A DNA stretch of 59,487 bases, counting the filler. It is 5 parts of 5 records of this genome, joined end to end, with 100 filler letters (N's around TTAATTAATTAA, not from the genome) between each part and the next. Parts side by side here need not be neighbours in the genome. Positions count along the whole stretch, not along the records: positions 1 to 8,372 come from SRR22947727_6006; positions 8,473 to 21,732 come from SRR22947727_6009; 3 more parts are not named here. One strand, given 5' to 3'. This document shows, in pieces, positions 1 through 10,029 of this stretch; position 1 is the first letter of the stretch; every line of letters begins with the position of its first letter. The translations under genes and the position numbers were made by a program. The notes under the pieces are model-generated. The model did no database searches. It saw only the letters and a program-made list of their open reading frames with translations, and was not told the origin of the DNA.

Positions 1-179
1 GTGGCGGTGGCAACTACGGCGGTGGTGGCGATCGCCCTTCTGGTGCCAGTGGCTGGGAAGATCGCAGCTATGGCAGTGGTGCTCCTCCAGCTGGCGGGAG
101 TGCCTACGACGATGGACGCACCCGTCGTCGCCGTGGTGGAGCTGACGACAACAGCGGATATGGCGGAGCCGAGGGCTGA
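1..179 (+). CDS. 3' end of a cyanobacterial glycine-rich RRM RNA-binding protein (partial)
   Basis: Frame 3 reads GGGNYGGGGDRPSGASGWEDRSYG...RTRRRRGGADDNSGYGGAEG* (TGA 177-179), the typical Gly-rich tail of marine Synechococcus Rbp proteins; not in the ORF track. Confidence 0.8.
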   Translation, partial: GGGNYGGGGDRPSGASGWEDRSYGSGAPPAGGSAYDDGRTRRRRGGADDNSGYGGAEG

Positions 180-197
180 TCGCCTTATCGGAGCTGT

Positions 198-1202
198 TTA
201 GAGCCCTGCATCAAGCAGTTGCTGGGCTGCTTCCTCAATAATTTCAATCCCAGCACCAGCTTTTTGAGCTTTGGTGCTCAGATTGTTGCGCCAATACCGT
301 GCCCCGGGCACTGCTTCCACAACGTGGACGAGATGCCGGCATAGATCCCAAAGTCTTCCTCCTCGCTGAAGATGGCGTTCGGCATGGGGGATTAGTCCAA
401 GCACGACATCTGAAGCCAGCACTTGGCGTGGCGTTGCGCCGTAGATCAGGTTGTCGATGTCGCGCCAGCGCATTGGGTGGGCATAGGCGGCGCGTCCGAC
501 CATGGCCCCATCGCAATGTTTTAGGGCGTTGAGGCAATCCTCAGGGGTATCAAGACCACCATTTAATTCAATCGTGAGATCCGGCCTGGATTCTTTTAAG
601 GCAATCACTCGATCGTGCTGAAGAGCAGGAATCGTGCGGTTTTGTTTGGGATCTAATCCTTCAAGCCATGCCTTACGGGCATGCACGGAAAAACGCAAGG
701 CACCGGCTTCTGCCACTTGATCAACAAACTGTCTGAGCAGGTCATCACTGTCGAGATCATCAATACCCACGCGATGTTTCACGGTGACGGGAAGCGATGA
801 TGCCGCCACCATGGCCTCCACACAACGCGCCACGGTTTGCGGCTCTGCCATCAAACAAGCCCCAAAATTCCCGGCTTGCACCCTTGGACTCGGGCAACCC
901 ACATTGAGGTTGATCTCGTCGTACCCCCAATCGGCTGCCATCCGCGTGGCATCGGCCAGTAACGCAGGATCGTCGCCCCCCACCTGCAGCGCTAGGGGGT
1001 GTTCCTCGGCGTCGAAGTCCAGTAGCCGTTCACGCCGCTTGCTGTGGTGGAGAGCTTGCGCCACCACCATTTCGCTGTAGAGCAGGCTTTGTTTGCTGAT
1101 TTGGCGCATCAGCATGCGGAAATGCCGATCCGTGCAATCCAGCATGGGCGCCACACTGAAGCGCCAGGCGGGTTCCCGATCGGGGGTGAGTGGGGAATCC
1201 AT
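198..1202 (-). CDS. dusA: tRNA-dihydrouridine(20/20a) synthase
   Basis: FSVAPMLD start, LNVGCPS, VKHRVG, VHARKAWL, QNRTIP and MVGRAAY Dus motifs. Confidence 0.93.
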   Translation of the reverse strand: MDSPLTPDREPAWRFSVAPMLDCTDRHFRMLMRQISKQSLLYSEMVVAQALHHSKRRERLLDFDAEEHPLALQVGGDDPALLADATRMAADWGYDEINLNVGCPSPRVQAGNFGACLMAEPQTVARCVEAMVAASSLPVTVKHRVGIDDLDSDDLLRQFVDQVAEAGALRFSVHARKAWLEGLDPKQNRTIPALQHDRVIALKESRPDLTIELNGGLDTPEDCLNALKHCDGAMVGRAAYAHPMRWRDIDNLIYGATPRQVLASDVVLGLIPHAERHLQRGGRLWDLCRHLVHVVEAVPGARYWRNNLSTKAQKAGAGIEIIEEAAQQLLDAGL

Positions 1203-1268
1203 TCCTCCATGCTGCCTCGTTTCCCGCCCTTGTCGCTTTAGAACTGGGAACGTTTAAGGACACTGCAG

Positions 1269-1781
1269 ATGACGACTTCGATGCAGCCTTGGTTGTTGAG
1301 CAGGCGTTCGATGATTCTGGCTTCGATCGCCGGGATGGTCGGTGTATTCAGAGCGCCGGCTCAGGTGCTGGCTGCTTCCAAGGCTGGCGAAGCGGCTTGG
1401 GATCTCAGCGATGGCGAATGGAAAAAGCGTCTCTCGCCTGAGGCTTACCAAGTGTTGCGTCAGGAAGGCACAGAACGACCTTTCACCAGCCCGTTCAACA
1501 ACGAAAAACGAGAGGGCACTTACCACTGCGCCGGTTGCGACCTGCCGTTGTTTGCTTCCACCGCCAAGTTTGATAGCGGTACCGGTTGGCCCAGTTTTTG
1601 GGAGCCGCTTCCGGGCGGTGTGGATACAAAAGTAGATTTCAAACTAATTCTTCCTCGCACTGAATATCACTGCAGCCGCTGCGGTGGGCATCAGGGCCAT
1701 GTTTTTAATGACGGTCCCCGACCGACGGGTAAGCGCTACTGCAACAACGGAGTCGCCCTGCGTTTCCAACCCACGGCATGA
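1269..1781 (+). CDS. msrB: peptide-methionine (R)-S-oxide reductase with a Tat-like N-terminus
   Basis: GTERPF, CAGC, KFDSGTGWPSF, CSRCGGHQGHVFNDGP, RYCNNG; N-terminal SRRSMIL followed by a hydrophobic stretch. Confidence 0.95.
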   Translation: MTTSMQPWLLSRRSMILASIAGMVGVFRAPAQVLAASKAGEAAWDLSDGEWKKRLSPEAYQVLRQEGTERPFTSPFNNEKREGTYHCAGCDLPLFASTAKFDSGTGWPSFWEPLPGGVDTKVDFKLILPRTEYHCSRCGGHQGHVFNDGPRPTGKRYCNNGVALRFQPTA

Positions 1782-3024
1782 CCTAATCGTGATCGGTGGT
1801 GGGCCTGCCGGCTTTATGGCAGCGATCACCGCCGCCGAACGAGGAGTTCGTGATGTTCTGATCTTGGAGGCCACCCCTGAAGTGCTCACAAAAGTGCGCA
1901 TCAGCGGTGGCGGTCGTTGCAATGTCACCCATGCTTGCTGGGATCCCAAGGAGCTTGTGGGTCACTACCCCCGGGGTAGCAGGCCATTGCGGGGTCCCTT
2001 TAGCCAGTTTGCGTGCGGAGATTCGATTGCTTGGTTCGATGAGCACGGACTCACGCTTGTGGAAGAGTCCGATGGGCGGATGTTTCCCCAGCAGAATCGC
2101 TCCGAGGCGGTGGTGGAGTGTCTGAGGCGAGCTGCGTTAGCTGCAGGGGTGAAGATTCAGTGCGGCTCCGCTGTGCGGCAACTCAGCTGCTCGGAGGGTG
2201 GTGGATTTCAAATCTCCGATCAACGGTCTACCTCTCATCAGGCCAAGCGGGTGTTGCTGGCCAGTGGTGGCCATCCCAGTGGCCGGCGTCTTGCCCAGGA
2301 TTTAGGTCACACGATTGTGCCGCCGGTGCCGTCGTTGTTCAGCTTGAAGTTGCAAGCGCCTGCTTTGACGGCATGCAGCGGTATTGCCCTCGATGACGTG
2401 GGCTTGGATTTAAGCGTTGCTGATCAGCGTTTTCGTCAGACGGGCCGGGTGCTGATCACCCATCGGGGTGTGAGCGGGCCTGCCGTCTTGAGGCTCACCG
2501 CGTTTGCAGCAAGGGCCCTCCATGCCAGTCGTTACCAGGGTGAGTTGCGGGTGGATTGGAGTGGAGGTTTGGGTCGCGGGCGTGTTCAGAACAAGCTGCA
2601 GCAGGCGCGCCTTGAGCAGGCGCGTCGCACGGTGGTGGCTGCCAAGCCGTTTGAGCATCTGCCGCGGCGGCTTTGGCTTGCCTTTTTGACGCAGGCGGGA
2701 GTGGATGCAGAGCGGCGATGGGCGGATCTTCCAGCGAAGGCGGAACGCAATTTGGTGGAGACTGTCTGCGCTCAGCGCTTATCGATCCAGGGCCGCGGCC
2801 CGTTCGGGGAAGAATTTGTAACCGCTGGTGGCGTTGATCTGGGCGAGGTGAACTTGGCGACGATGGAAAGTCGCTGCTGTGCTGGGTTGTACTTAGCGGG
2901 TGAATTACTGGATGTGGATGGGGTCACTGGAGGCTTTAATTTCCAGGCCTGTTGGAGCGGCGGCTGGCTTGCGGGTGAGGCGATAGCTACGTCTTGCTCT
3001 ACTGAATCTGATCAAACACCGTAA
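1684..3024 (+). CDS. NAD(P)/FAD-dependent oxidoreductase, HI0933/BaiN/YhiN family (true start probably near 1760-1790)
   Basis: VIGGGPAG, KVRISGGGRCNVT, GRMFP, FVTAGGV, GELLDVDGVTGGFNFQACW. Confidence 0.9.
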   Translation: MGIRAMFLMTVPDRRVSATATTESPCVSNPRHDLIVIGGGPAGFMAAITAAERGVRDVLILEATPEVLTKVRISGGGRCNVTHACWDPKELVGHYPRGSRPLRGPFSQFACGDSIAWFDEHGLTLVEESDGRMFPQQNRSEAVVECLRRAALAAGVKIQCGSAVRQLSCSEGGGFQISDQRSTSHQAKRVLLASGGHPSGRRLAQDLGHTIVPPVPSLFSLKLQAPALTACSGIALDDVGLDLSVADQRFRQTGRVLITHRGVSGPAVLRLTAFAARALHASRYQGELRVDWSGGLGRGRVQNKLQQARLEQARRTVVAAKPFEHLPRRLWLAFLTQAGVDAERRWADLPAKAERNLVETVCAQRLSIQGRGPFGEEFVTAGGVDLGEVNLATMESRCCAGLYLAGELLDVDGVTGGFNFQACWSGGWLAGEAIATSCSTESDQTP

Positions 3025-4273
3025 ACATCGGTAAGTACATCGCCAGCAGGATCGAACCCACAATTCCTCCCACAACCACAATCATTGCGGGCTCCAACAT
3101 CGAGGTGAGTGCCTTCACGGATGCTGAAACCTCGTCCTCATAAAAGTCGGCCACTTTGCTGAGCATTCGATCCATTTCGCCGGTTTCCTCACCAATCGAG
3201 AGCATGCTCAGTGCCATGTCAGGTAAGACTTTTTGGCGCGTTAATGCTGTGCTCAGCAACACGCCTTCTTGCACCATGGTGCGTGAGTCGAGGATGGCGT
3301 CAGAGATGATGGAGTTGCCAGCAGTTTCGCTGGAGATCTCCATTGACATCAGGATTGGAACGCCAGCACGCGTGAGTGAGCTGAAAATTCTGCAAAACTG
3401 AGCGGTGGCTGTTTTCATGATGAGATCACCAAACAACGGTAGCTTGAGGATCAATTTGTCGATCACTCTGCGGCCTTTGTGAGTGTTGTAATAACGGCCA
3501 ATCATCCAGGCGCCAACCATGAGAATGCCGGCGAAAACAAGGGAAGCGGAAGAGCGAAGTAGGGCGCTTAAATCCACCATCAATTGTGTAAACATCGGTA
3601 ATTCGGCTCCCAGATCCTCAAAGATCCCCGCAAAAGTAGGAATCAAGAAGATCGTCATTCCTAAAAACACCAAAATGGCGATCACCAGCACGGCCACCGG
3701 GTAACCCAAGGCACCTTTGATTTGGTTTTGGAGCCTGGCGTTGTCTTCCAACAGTTTGGCGAGGCGTTTGAGGGATTCATCGAGAACACCTCCGGCTTCG
3801 CCTGCCTCCACCATCGCGATGGTGAGCTGGTCAAACACCTTGGGCCATTGGCGCATCGCTGCTGCCATCGCCGTGCCCTGATTCACCTCGAGTCCCACGC
3901 TGGTGAGAGCTTTTTTAAACATCGGCAGCTTTTGCTGCGTGGCCATGAGATCGAGGCTGCGCACGATCGGCACCCCTGCATCCACGAGCGCAGCCAGCTT
4001 GCTGGCCCAAATCGCTTTCTCTTTTACCCCGGGTGGCTTTTGGAACGCCTCTCCCAGATCCATCGATAGGAATCCAGCTGACGCGCTGCCCCCTGCGTTT
4101 TTGGATTTGGCCTTGGCTTTGTTGTTTCCTTTTCCTTTGTCTTGGCGCAGCTCTTCCGCTTTGATGCCTCGCCTGCGCAGCAGACGACGGGCCGCAACAG
4201 CATCGTTTGCTTTGACCGTGACCGTACGCGGTTGGCCTGTGGCTGAGGTGTAAGTGGCGGTGAAGGAAACCAT
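2999..4273 (-). CDS. pilC: type IV pilus platform protein (T2SS F family)
   Basis: Two T2SSF domains (AGVPI...GEAGG; AGVPI...GEETG), LEPAMIV...MYLPMF; follows pilT. Confidence 0.93.
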   Translation of the reverse strand: MVSFTATYTSATGQPRTVTVKANDAVAARRLLRRRGIKAEELRQDKGKGNNKAKAKSKNAGGSASAGFLSMDLGEAFQKPPGVKEKAIWASKLAALVDAGVPIVRSLDLMATQQKLPMFKKALTSVGLEVNQGTAMAAAMRQWPKVFDQLTIAMVEAGEAGGVLDESLKRLAKLLEDNARLQNQIKGALGYPVAVLVIAILVFLGMTIFLIPTFAGIFEDLGAELPMFTQLMVDLSALLRSSASLVFAGILMVGAWMIGRYYNTHKGRRVIDKLILKLPLFGDLIMKTATAQFCRIFSSLTRAGVPILMSMEISSETAGNSIISDAILDSRTMVQEGVLLSTALTRQKVLPDMALSMLSIGEETGEMDRMLSKVADFYEDEVSASVKALTSMLEPAMIVVVGGIVGSILLAMYLPMFTVFDQIQ

Positions 4274-4289
4274 GCGCTGATCGACCGAT

Positions 4290-5363
4290 TTAGTTGTTGA
4301 TCAGGCGTTCCAGTTCCGAGGGTTTGCTGGCTTTGCTGTGCCCTTCATTAAGACTGATTTCGCCGCGATCAATCAGATCGGCAAGCGCTCTTTCCAGGGT
4401 TTGCATGCCGCGTTCGCCGCCGGTTTGAATTTGGGAATACAGCTGAGCTGTTTTGCCTTCACGGATCAAATTGGCGATGGCTGGGGTGTTGATCATGATT
4501 TCTTGAGCCATCACGCGTCCGAACTGTCCAGGTGCAGGATTTTGGCGTCGGCAGAGCGTTTGAGAGAACACCGCCGTCAGGCTTCCTGAGAGTTGCACGC
4601 GGATCTGGGTTTGCTGGCCAGGTGGAAACACATCCACCATCCGATCCACGGTCTGAGCGGCAGAACTGGTGTGCAAGGTTCCAAACACCAAATGCCCTGT
4701 CTCAGCAGCACTGATCGCCAGTTGAATCGTTTCGAGATCACGCATTTCACCCACCAAGATCACGTCTGGGTCTTCGCGTAGAGCAGCGCGCAGCGCATTG
4801 GCAAAACTGCGCGTGTCCTCGTTGAGTTGGCGTTGATGCACCAAGCTCTTATCACTGGTGTAAACGAATTCGATCGGGTCTTCGATGGTGAGGATGTGCT
4901 CAGCCCGTGTGTGGTTGATGTGATCGAGAAGTGCTGCGAGCGTGGTTGTTTTGCCTGAACCCGTCGGGCCCGTGACCAGAACAAGACCACGGGGGCGTTT
5001 GCTGGTTTCCACGACGACCGGAGGCAGATTCAGCAGCTCAACGCTGGGGATTTTGCTCCCAAGAGCACGCAAGCAGGCGGCATAGCTGCCTTTCTGCCGG
5101 TACACATTCACGCGAAAACGGGCGACCCCTTTCAAGCCATACGCACAATCCAGCTCCCACGTTTGTTCGAGTGTTTTGCGTTGGCTGTTGTTGAGCATTG
5201 AAAAGATCAGGCGGTTGCAGCCTTCTTCACTGAGCGGTTCCTCTTGCATCGGCCGCAGTTCGCCACTAAACCGGCCGTAAGGCGGTTGTCCGCTGGCGAT
5301 GTGGAGATCGCTTCCGCCTCCATTCACCAGCTGTTCCATCAGGTCTTCGATCATTCGTTCCAT
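4290..5363 (-). CDS. pilT: type IV pilus retraction ATPase
   Basis: SDLHI, GPTGSGKTTTL, TIEDPIE, ALREDPDVILVGEMRD, AIANLIRE (AIRNLIRE motif); start placed at MERMIEDL. Confidence 0.95.
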   Translation of the reverse strand: MERMIEDLMEQLVNGGGSDLHIASGQPPYGRFSGELRPMQEEPLSEEGCNRLIFSMLNNSQRKTLEQTWELDCAYGLKGVARFRVNVYRQKGSYAACLRALGSKIPSVELLNLPPVVVETSKRPRGLVLVTGPTGSGKTTTLAALLDHINHTRAEHILTIEDPIEFVYTSDKSLVHQRQLNEDTRSFANALRAALREDPDVILVGEMRDLETIQLAISAAETGHLVFGTLHTSSAAQTVDRMVDVFPPGQQTQIRVQLSGSLTAVFSQTLCRRQNPAPGQFGRVMAQEIMINTPAIANLIREGKTAQLYSQIQTGGERGMQTLERALADLIDRGEISLNEGHSKASKPSELERLINN

Positions 5364-5374
5364 GCTCGGAGCTC

Positions 5375-7147
5375 TCACTGACGGGGTGTCAGGCAATACG
5401 GGCATTCCAGCCAACCTTCTTGCAGTCCGCCACCACATCCACGGCAAGTCACAGTGCTGAGGGCTCTGGCGCGTTGTTCTGATTCCAGGCCCGCATCTGT
5501 TAACACCATCCGGTCCACCTCTTCGAGAGTGGTGTGACCTTCGCGTACGAGATCAAGGCTGTAGCCCAGCAATGTTTTCATCCCTGCTTCCAGTGCCAAT
5601 TGGCGCACGAGATCAGTGGTGGCGCCTTTGGCGACAGATGCGGCCAGGGCTTCATTCATGCGCAGCACTTCGTACACACCGATACGGCCCTTGTAACCGG
5701 TGCCCTGACAGGTGGGGCATGGCGTTTCTGGCCCTTCGTGGTGGTTCGCTTTGAAAAAGGTGACATCGCTTTCATTGCTCGTCATCAGCCCAAAGCGACC
5801 TAATTCTCGGGAATCTGGGTGATAAGGGATGCGGCAATCGCTGCATACGCGCCTGAGTAAGCGTTGAGAAACGATGCCGAGCAAGGATGCGCTCACCATG
5901 AACGGTTCCACGCCCATTTCGTCGAGTCGGGCGATGGCGCTGGGGGCGTCGTTGCAGTGCAGGGTGGTTAAGACCAGGTGCCCTGTTAACGCGGCTTCGA
6001 TGGCAGTTTTTGCTGTTTCCTGATCACGGGTCTCACCTACTAACAGCACATCTGGGTCCTGGCGCATGAAGGCGCGAAGGGCCGTGCTGAAGTCAAATCC
6101 TTTTTCTCGATTAACTTGACATTGAGTAATACCAGGCAATGTGTATTCAATTGGATCTTCTACGGTGGAGATATTAATGCCGGGTTCGTTGCGCTCCGCC
6201 AACAAGGAATAGAGAGTTGTGGATTTACCAGATCCTGTTGGACCGGTCACAAGAATCATGCCGAATGGTTTTGAGCCAAGGGTTCGTACAAGCTCGAGTG
6301 TGGCGGGTTTGGAGATGAGCTTATCCAGTCCTAATTGAGTGGATTGACTGTCGAGTAATCGCAGGCAAATCTTTTCTCCATAGCGGCTAGGCAGGCTGTT
6401 TACGCGAAAGTCAACATTTCGTCCTTTGTATTGTCTACGGATTCGCCCATCCTGTGCCTGCCTGCGTTCAGCGATATCAAGATCAGCCATGATCTTGAAT
6501 CGAGAGGTAATCGCTGGAATTAATTTAGTGGGAAGTGGTTGGGTTAGATTGGTGAGCACACCATCCTTTCTAAGCCTAATTTGTAATCCTGCTTGTTGTG
6601 GCTCTACATGAATATCACTGGCATTCATGTCTAATGCTTTGATTAAAATGCGATCCACTAATGTGACAATGGGAGAGGCATCATTACTTAGTGAATCGAT
6701 ATCCAGTGAGGAGGTCGATGTGCTCTGTATTTCGGCTTCATCAGGATCGACATTTAAAATGCCTTCAATATCAAATCCATCGAGAAGCGATTTTGCTGTC
6801 TCGCTAATTGATGCTTGGCTGATCGTTGAATCTGAGTTGAATTCTTGTGGATCAAGAATTCGTTTTAGATCCGCTGCATTGGCCAGCACAAGCTTGGAGA
6901 TGTAGCCGTGGCTTCTTAAAACCTGTTTGAGTTGTTCTCGTCTGTCTCGGCCGCTGCTGCTTGCGATGGCCACCATGAGGCCGTCGTCGGTGAGATGGAT
7001 GGGGAGCGCTTGAAGTTGCTTCCAGGTTTCAAGGTCCAAAACCTGCCCGGATTGAAGGAGTGCTTCTCCAGCGGCGAGCTCTGCCTCTGAAATCAGCTTT
7101 GCCGGCAGAGCGGGCGGTAGCGGCATTCGGGTGGAGTCGGCGCTCAT
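5375..7147 (-). CDS. pilB: type IV pilus assembly ATPase (GspE/PulE family), cyanobacterial PilB1 type
   Basis: [43 protein letters not shown] zinc site, C-terminal CRGC...CPYC; start placed at ATG 7147 to avoid overlapping grpE. Confidence 0.92.
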   Translation of the reverse strand: MSADSTRMPLPPALPAKLISEAELAAGEALLQSGQVLDLETWKQLQALPIHLTDDGLMVAIASSSGRDRREQLKQVLRSHGYISKLVLANAADLKRILDPQEFNSDSTISQASISETAKSLLDGFDIEGILNVDPDEAEIQSTSTSSLDIDSLSNDASPIVTLVDRILIKALDMNASDIHVEPQQAGLQIRLRKDGVLTNLTQPLPTKLIPAITSRFKIMADLDIAERRQAQDGRIRRQYKGRNVDFRVNSLPSRYGEKICLRLLDSQSTQLGLDKLISKPATLELVRTLGSKPFGMILVTGPTGSGKSTTLYSLLAERNEPGINISTVEDPIEYTLPGITQCQVNREKGFDFSTALRAFMRQDPDVLLVGETRDQETAKTAIEAALTGHLVLTTLHCNDAPSAIARLDEMGVEPFMVSASLLGIVSQRLLRRVCSDCRIPYHPDSRELGRFGLMTSNESDVTFFKANHHEGPETPCPTCQGTGYKGRIGVYEVLRMNEALAASVAKGATTDLVRQLALEAGMKTLLGYSLDLVREGHTTLEEVDRMVLTDAGLESEQRARALSTVTCRGCGGGLQEGWLECPYCLTPRQ

Positions 7148-7226
7148 GCTGATTCGGCTTTCCGCGCTTGTGGTGGGTCCATGTGACCCTTCAACATGTC
7201 TAGACGTGATTTTGCATCTGGTCAGC

Positions 7227-7955
7227 ATGAGCGGCGACGCTTCCATCCCGGCTAACGATTCGGCATCGGATGTTCCCGAAGCCCAGCAGGACCCCACAGC
7301 CTCTGTGGAGGAAACACCTGACGTCGCTTCTCCCGACCCTGCTTCAGAGGGGGCTTCCTCTGCACAGAACAATGAAGCGCGGCTTGAGCAACTGGAGCGC
7401 GAGCACAGCACCCTCCGCCAAGAACATGAAACCTTGAGTGGTCAGTACGTGCGCATCGCGGCCGACTTTGACAATTTCCGCAAACGTCAGAGCCGGGATC
7501 AGGACGACCTGAAGTTGCAGATCACCTGCAGCACGCTGACTGAAATCCTCCCTGTTGTTGATAACTTCGAACGCGCTCGGCAACAGCTTGATCCTCAGGG
7601 AGAAGAAGCCCAAGCGCTTCACCGCAGTTATCAGGGTCTTTACAAGCAACTTGTCGATGTGCTGAAGCAACTCGGTGTTGCCCCGATGCGGGTTGTTGGA
7701 CAAGAGTTCGACCCCAACCTCCATGAAGCTGTGTTGCGCGAACCCAGTGATGAGCATCCAGAAGATGTGGTGGTTGAAGAGTTGCAGCGTGGTTATCACC
7801 TCAGCGGCAAGGTCTTGCGTCACGCCTTAGTCAAGGTGTCGATGGGACCTGGACCGCAACAGTCAGAAGATGCCGCGGCTCATGGGACTGAAGGTGGTGA
7901 GAGTGCAGCAAGCGAAGGTGTTGATGGCTCCCCGACGCTTGAGGCGAGCGAATGA
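7227..7955 (+). CDS. grpE: nucleotide exchange factor GrpE
   Basis: [45 protein letters not shown]. Confidence 0.95.
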   Translation: MSGDASIPANDSASDVPEAQQDPTASVEETPDVASPDPASEGASSAQNNEARLEQLEREHSTLRQEHETLSGQYVRIAADFDNFRKRQSRDQDDLKLQITCSTLTEILPVVDNFERARQQLDPQGEEAQALHRSYQGLYKQLVDVLKQLGVAPMRVVGQEFDPNLHEAVLREPSDEHPEDVVVEELQRGYHLSGKVLRHALVKVSMGPGPQQSEDAAAHGTEGGESAASEGVDGSPTLEASE

Positions 7956-7997
7956 TTCAAAACTTTTGCCTAGTGTGCGCAGCGGAATGACGAGCTG

Positions 7998-8372
7998 ATG
8001 GCCGATTACTACGACCTCCTTGGCGTCAGCAGGGATGCAGATGCCGACACCTTGAAGCGCGCTTACAGGCGGATGGCTCGCCAATATCACCCTGATATCA
8101 ATAAAGACGCTGGCGCTGAAGACCGCTTTAAGGAGATTGGCCGCGCCTACGAAGTGCTGAGTGATCCCCAAACCCGCGGGCGGTACGACCAGTTCGGTGA
8201 GGCCGGGCTCGGCGGCGGTGGCGGCATGCCCGATATGGGCGATATGGGTGGTTTTGCAGATATTTTCGAAACCTTTTTCAGCGGATTCGGTGGTGCTGCT
8301 GGCGGCGCTGGTCGTCAGCGCAGGCGAGGACCTCAACAGGGAGATGACCTCCGCTACGACCTCACGATTGAT
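7998..8372 (+). CDS. dnaJ: chaperone DnaJ (5' part, cut by contig end)
   Basis: [11 protein letters not shown] motif, G/F-rich region, GDDLRYDL. Confidence 0.95.
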
Positions 8373-8472
8373 NNNNNNNNNNNNNNNNNNNNNNNNNNNN
8401 NNNNNNNNNNNNNNNNTTAATTAATTAANNNNNNNNNNNNNNNNNNNNNNNNNNNNNNNNNNNNNNNNNNNN
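8373..8472. other. artificial contig spacer
   Basis: 44 N + TTAATTAATTAA + 44 N; gene content and composition change across it. Confidence 0.98.
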
Positions 8473-8473
8473 T

Positions 8474-8569
8474 TTTGATGTTAGTGCTTTTGATGTTAGT
8501 GCGTTTGATGATTCCGCGATTGCCGGTCCAGTTATTGAAGACTCTGGGCAGGCACTTTTAATCAATTGA
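8474..8569 (+). CDS. possible 3' end of an unknown gene with FDVSA pentapeptide repeats
   Basis: 15-nt repeat TTTGATGTTAGTGC(T/G) x2 plus a partial copy reads FDVSAFDVSAFDDSAIAGPVIEDSGQALLIN*, ending just before a terminator-like hairpin. Confidence 0.35.
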   Translation, partial: FDVSAFDVSAFDDSAIAGPVIEDSGQALLIN

Positions 8570-8582
8570 AGAAAGTTTATCG

Positions 8583-8624
8583 AAAAAAAACCAGCTACAC
8601 CCTTCGGCACTAGCTGGTCTTTTT
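8583..8624. terminator. bidirectional intrinsic terminator downstream of the thiolase
   Basis: A8-CCAGCTA...TAGCTGG-TCTTTTT; T tracts on both strands. Confidence 0.65.
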
Positions 8625-8670
8625 CAGCTTCAGCACCGGCCACAACCAGCGCCTTAAGGTTTAGCTGGTG

Positions 8671-9867
8671 CTAGATCACTTCAAACAAGCCCGCTGCACC
8701 GATGCCGCCGCCAACACACATTGTGGCTACAACATACTTCACACCACGACGCTTGCCTTCAATCAACGCGTGAGCAACCATGCGTGATCCAGACATGCCG
8801 TAAGGGTGGCCTACTGAAATAGCGCCACCGTTTACGTTAAGTAACTCATCAGGAATGCCCAACTTGTCGCGGCAATAAACCACCTGCACAGCGAATGCTT
8901 CATTGAGTTCCCAAAGACCGATATCGTCCATGGTCAAACCATTCTTTTCCAACAACTTTGGAATGGCGAAAACAGGACCAATGCCCATTTCGTCAGCTTT
9001 AGTGCCGGCAACTGCCATACCACGATAAGCACCTAGTGGCTGAAGACCACGTTGTTCAGCAACCTTGGCTTCCATTAGTACACACGCTGAAGAACCGTCT
9101 GACAGCTGAGAGGCATTACCTGCCGTAACGTGCTTACCCTCTTGAATCACTTGACCGCCACTAAATACTGGCTTCAGGCCACACAGACTTTCATAGGTTG
9201 TACCCGGACGATTACCTTCATCTTTATCCAGATTCATCTCAATCTCGTTAACCTCGCCAGTCTCCTTATTCATCAACTTCATTACTGATGCTAACGGTAC
9301 GATCTCATCATCAAACGCGCCTGCTTGTTGAGCAGCGGCTGTACGCGCCTGAGACTGTGCAGCATAGGCATCTTGGTCATCACGACTTACGCCATAACGC
9401 TCACCCACAATTTCTGCGGTTTCAATCATTGGCATATACAAGCCAGGCTGATTTTTCATCAACCAAGGGCTAGGCGTGGTGAACATATCACCTGTTTGGT
9501 TGGTTGAAATAGATTCAACACCACCGCCAATCGCCACATCCATACCGTCAGCAATAATTTGCTTGGCAGCAATACCAATAGCCATCATGCCCGAAGAACA
9601 TTGACGATCTATGCTTTGACCGGGAACACTGTCGGGAAGACCGGCTTCTAATAAACACTGACGCGCAGTGTTAAAAGCGCTGCTGCCCATTTGTAGTGCC
9701 GCGCCCATAATGACGTCTTCCACCTGAGCGGGATCAATGCCAGCGCGCTCTACCGCGTGCTTAATGGCGTGAGCGCCTAGGCTTTGGCCTAAAGTGCTGT
9801 TAAATGCCCCACGGTAGGCTTTACCAATGGGCGTACGAGCTGTTGAAACGATGACTGCTTCGCGCAT
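8671..9867 (-). CDS. acetyl-CoA C-acyltransferase (thiolase)
   Basis: [45 protein letters not shown]. Confidence 0.95.
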   Translation of the reverse strand: MREAVIVSTARTPIGKAYRGAFNSTLGQSLGAHAIKHAVERAGIDPAQVEDVIMGAALQMGSSAFNTARQCLLEAGLPDSVPGQSIDRQCSSGMMAIGIAAKQIIADGMDVAIGGGVESISTNQTGDMFTTPSPWLMKNQPGLYMPMIETAEIVGERYGVSRDDQDAYAAQSQARTAAAQQAGAFDDEIVPLASVMKLMNKETGEVNEIEMNLDKDEGNRPGTTYESLCGLKPVFSGGQVIQEGKHVTAGNASQLSDGSSACVLMEAKVAEQRGLQPLGAYRGMAVAGTKADEMGIGPVFAIPKLLEKNGLTMDDIGLWELNEAFAVQVVYCRDKLGIPDELLNVNGGAISVGHPYGMSGSRMVAHALIEGKRRGVKYVVATMCVGGGIGAAGLFEVI

Positions 9868-9970
9868 ATCAATTCCTTATGTAGTTTTGAATATAGCTTT
9901 TGTGTGTGAATTTTATATCTGCAAGCTTGCTTAGCGCCCCAAGCCAATTGCTTAGGGCGGACTCAATTAA

Positions 9971-10027
9971 CGGCTTGCGCTGTTAGCGGCTTGCGCTCTT
10001 AGCTGCTTGCTCTGTTAGCGCTGTTAG
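9971..10027. repeat. degenerate 16-nt tandem repeat
   Basis: CGGCTTGCGCTGTTAG / CGGCTTGCGCTCTTAG / CTGCTTGCTCTGTTAG / partial CGCTGTTAG. Confidence 0.85.
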
Positions 10028-10029
10028 CG

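Noticed and set aside
1-201. 66-aa ORF in the track
   Set aside because: Wrong frame; frame 3 encodes a recognisable Rbp tail
198-1268. dusA as an integration hotspot for genomic islands
   Set aside because: No integrase, att duplication or foreign DNA beside it
7131-7411. Apparent pilB/grpE head-to-head overlap, and long N-terminal extensions of hsp20, soeA, citrate synthase and pilT
   Set aside because: Artefacts of longest-ORF calling; downstream starts give normal proteins without overlap
8417-8428. TTAATTAATTAA palindrome recurring four times
   Set aside because: Always centred in 44+44 Ns; a synthetic linker with stops in all frames
8425-8643. 72-aa minus-strand ORF
   Set aside because: Runs through a terminator-like hairpin, has no recognisable motif and continues into the N spacer
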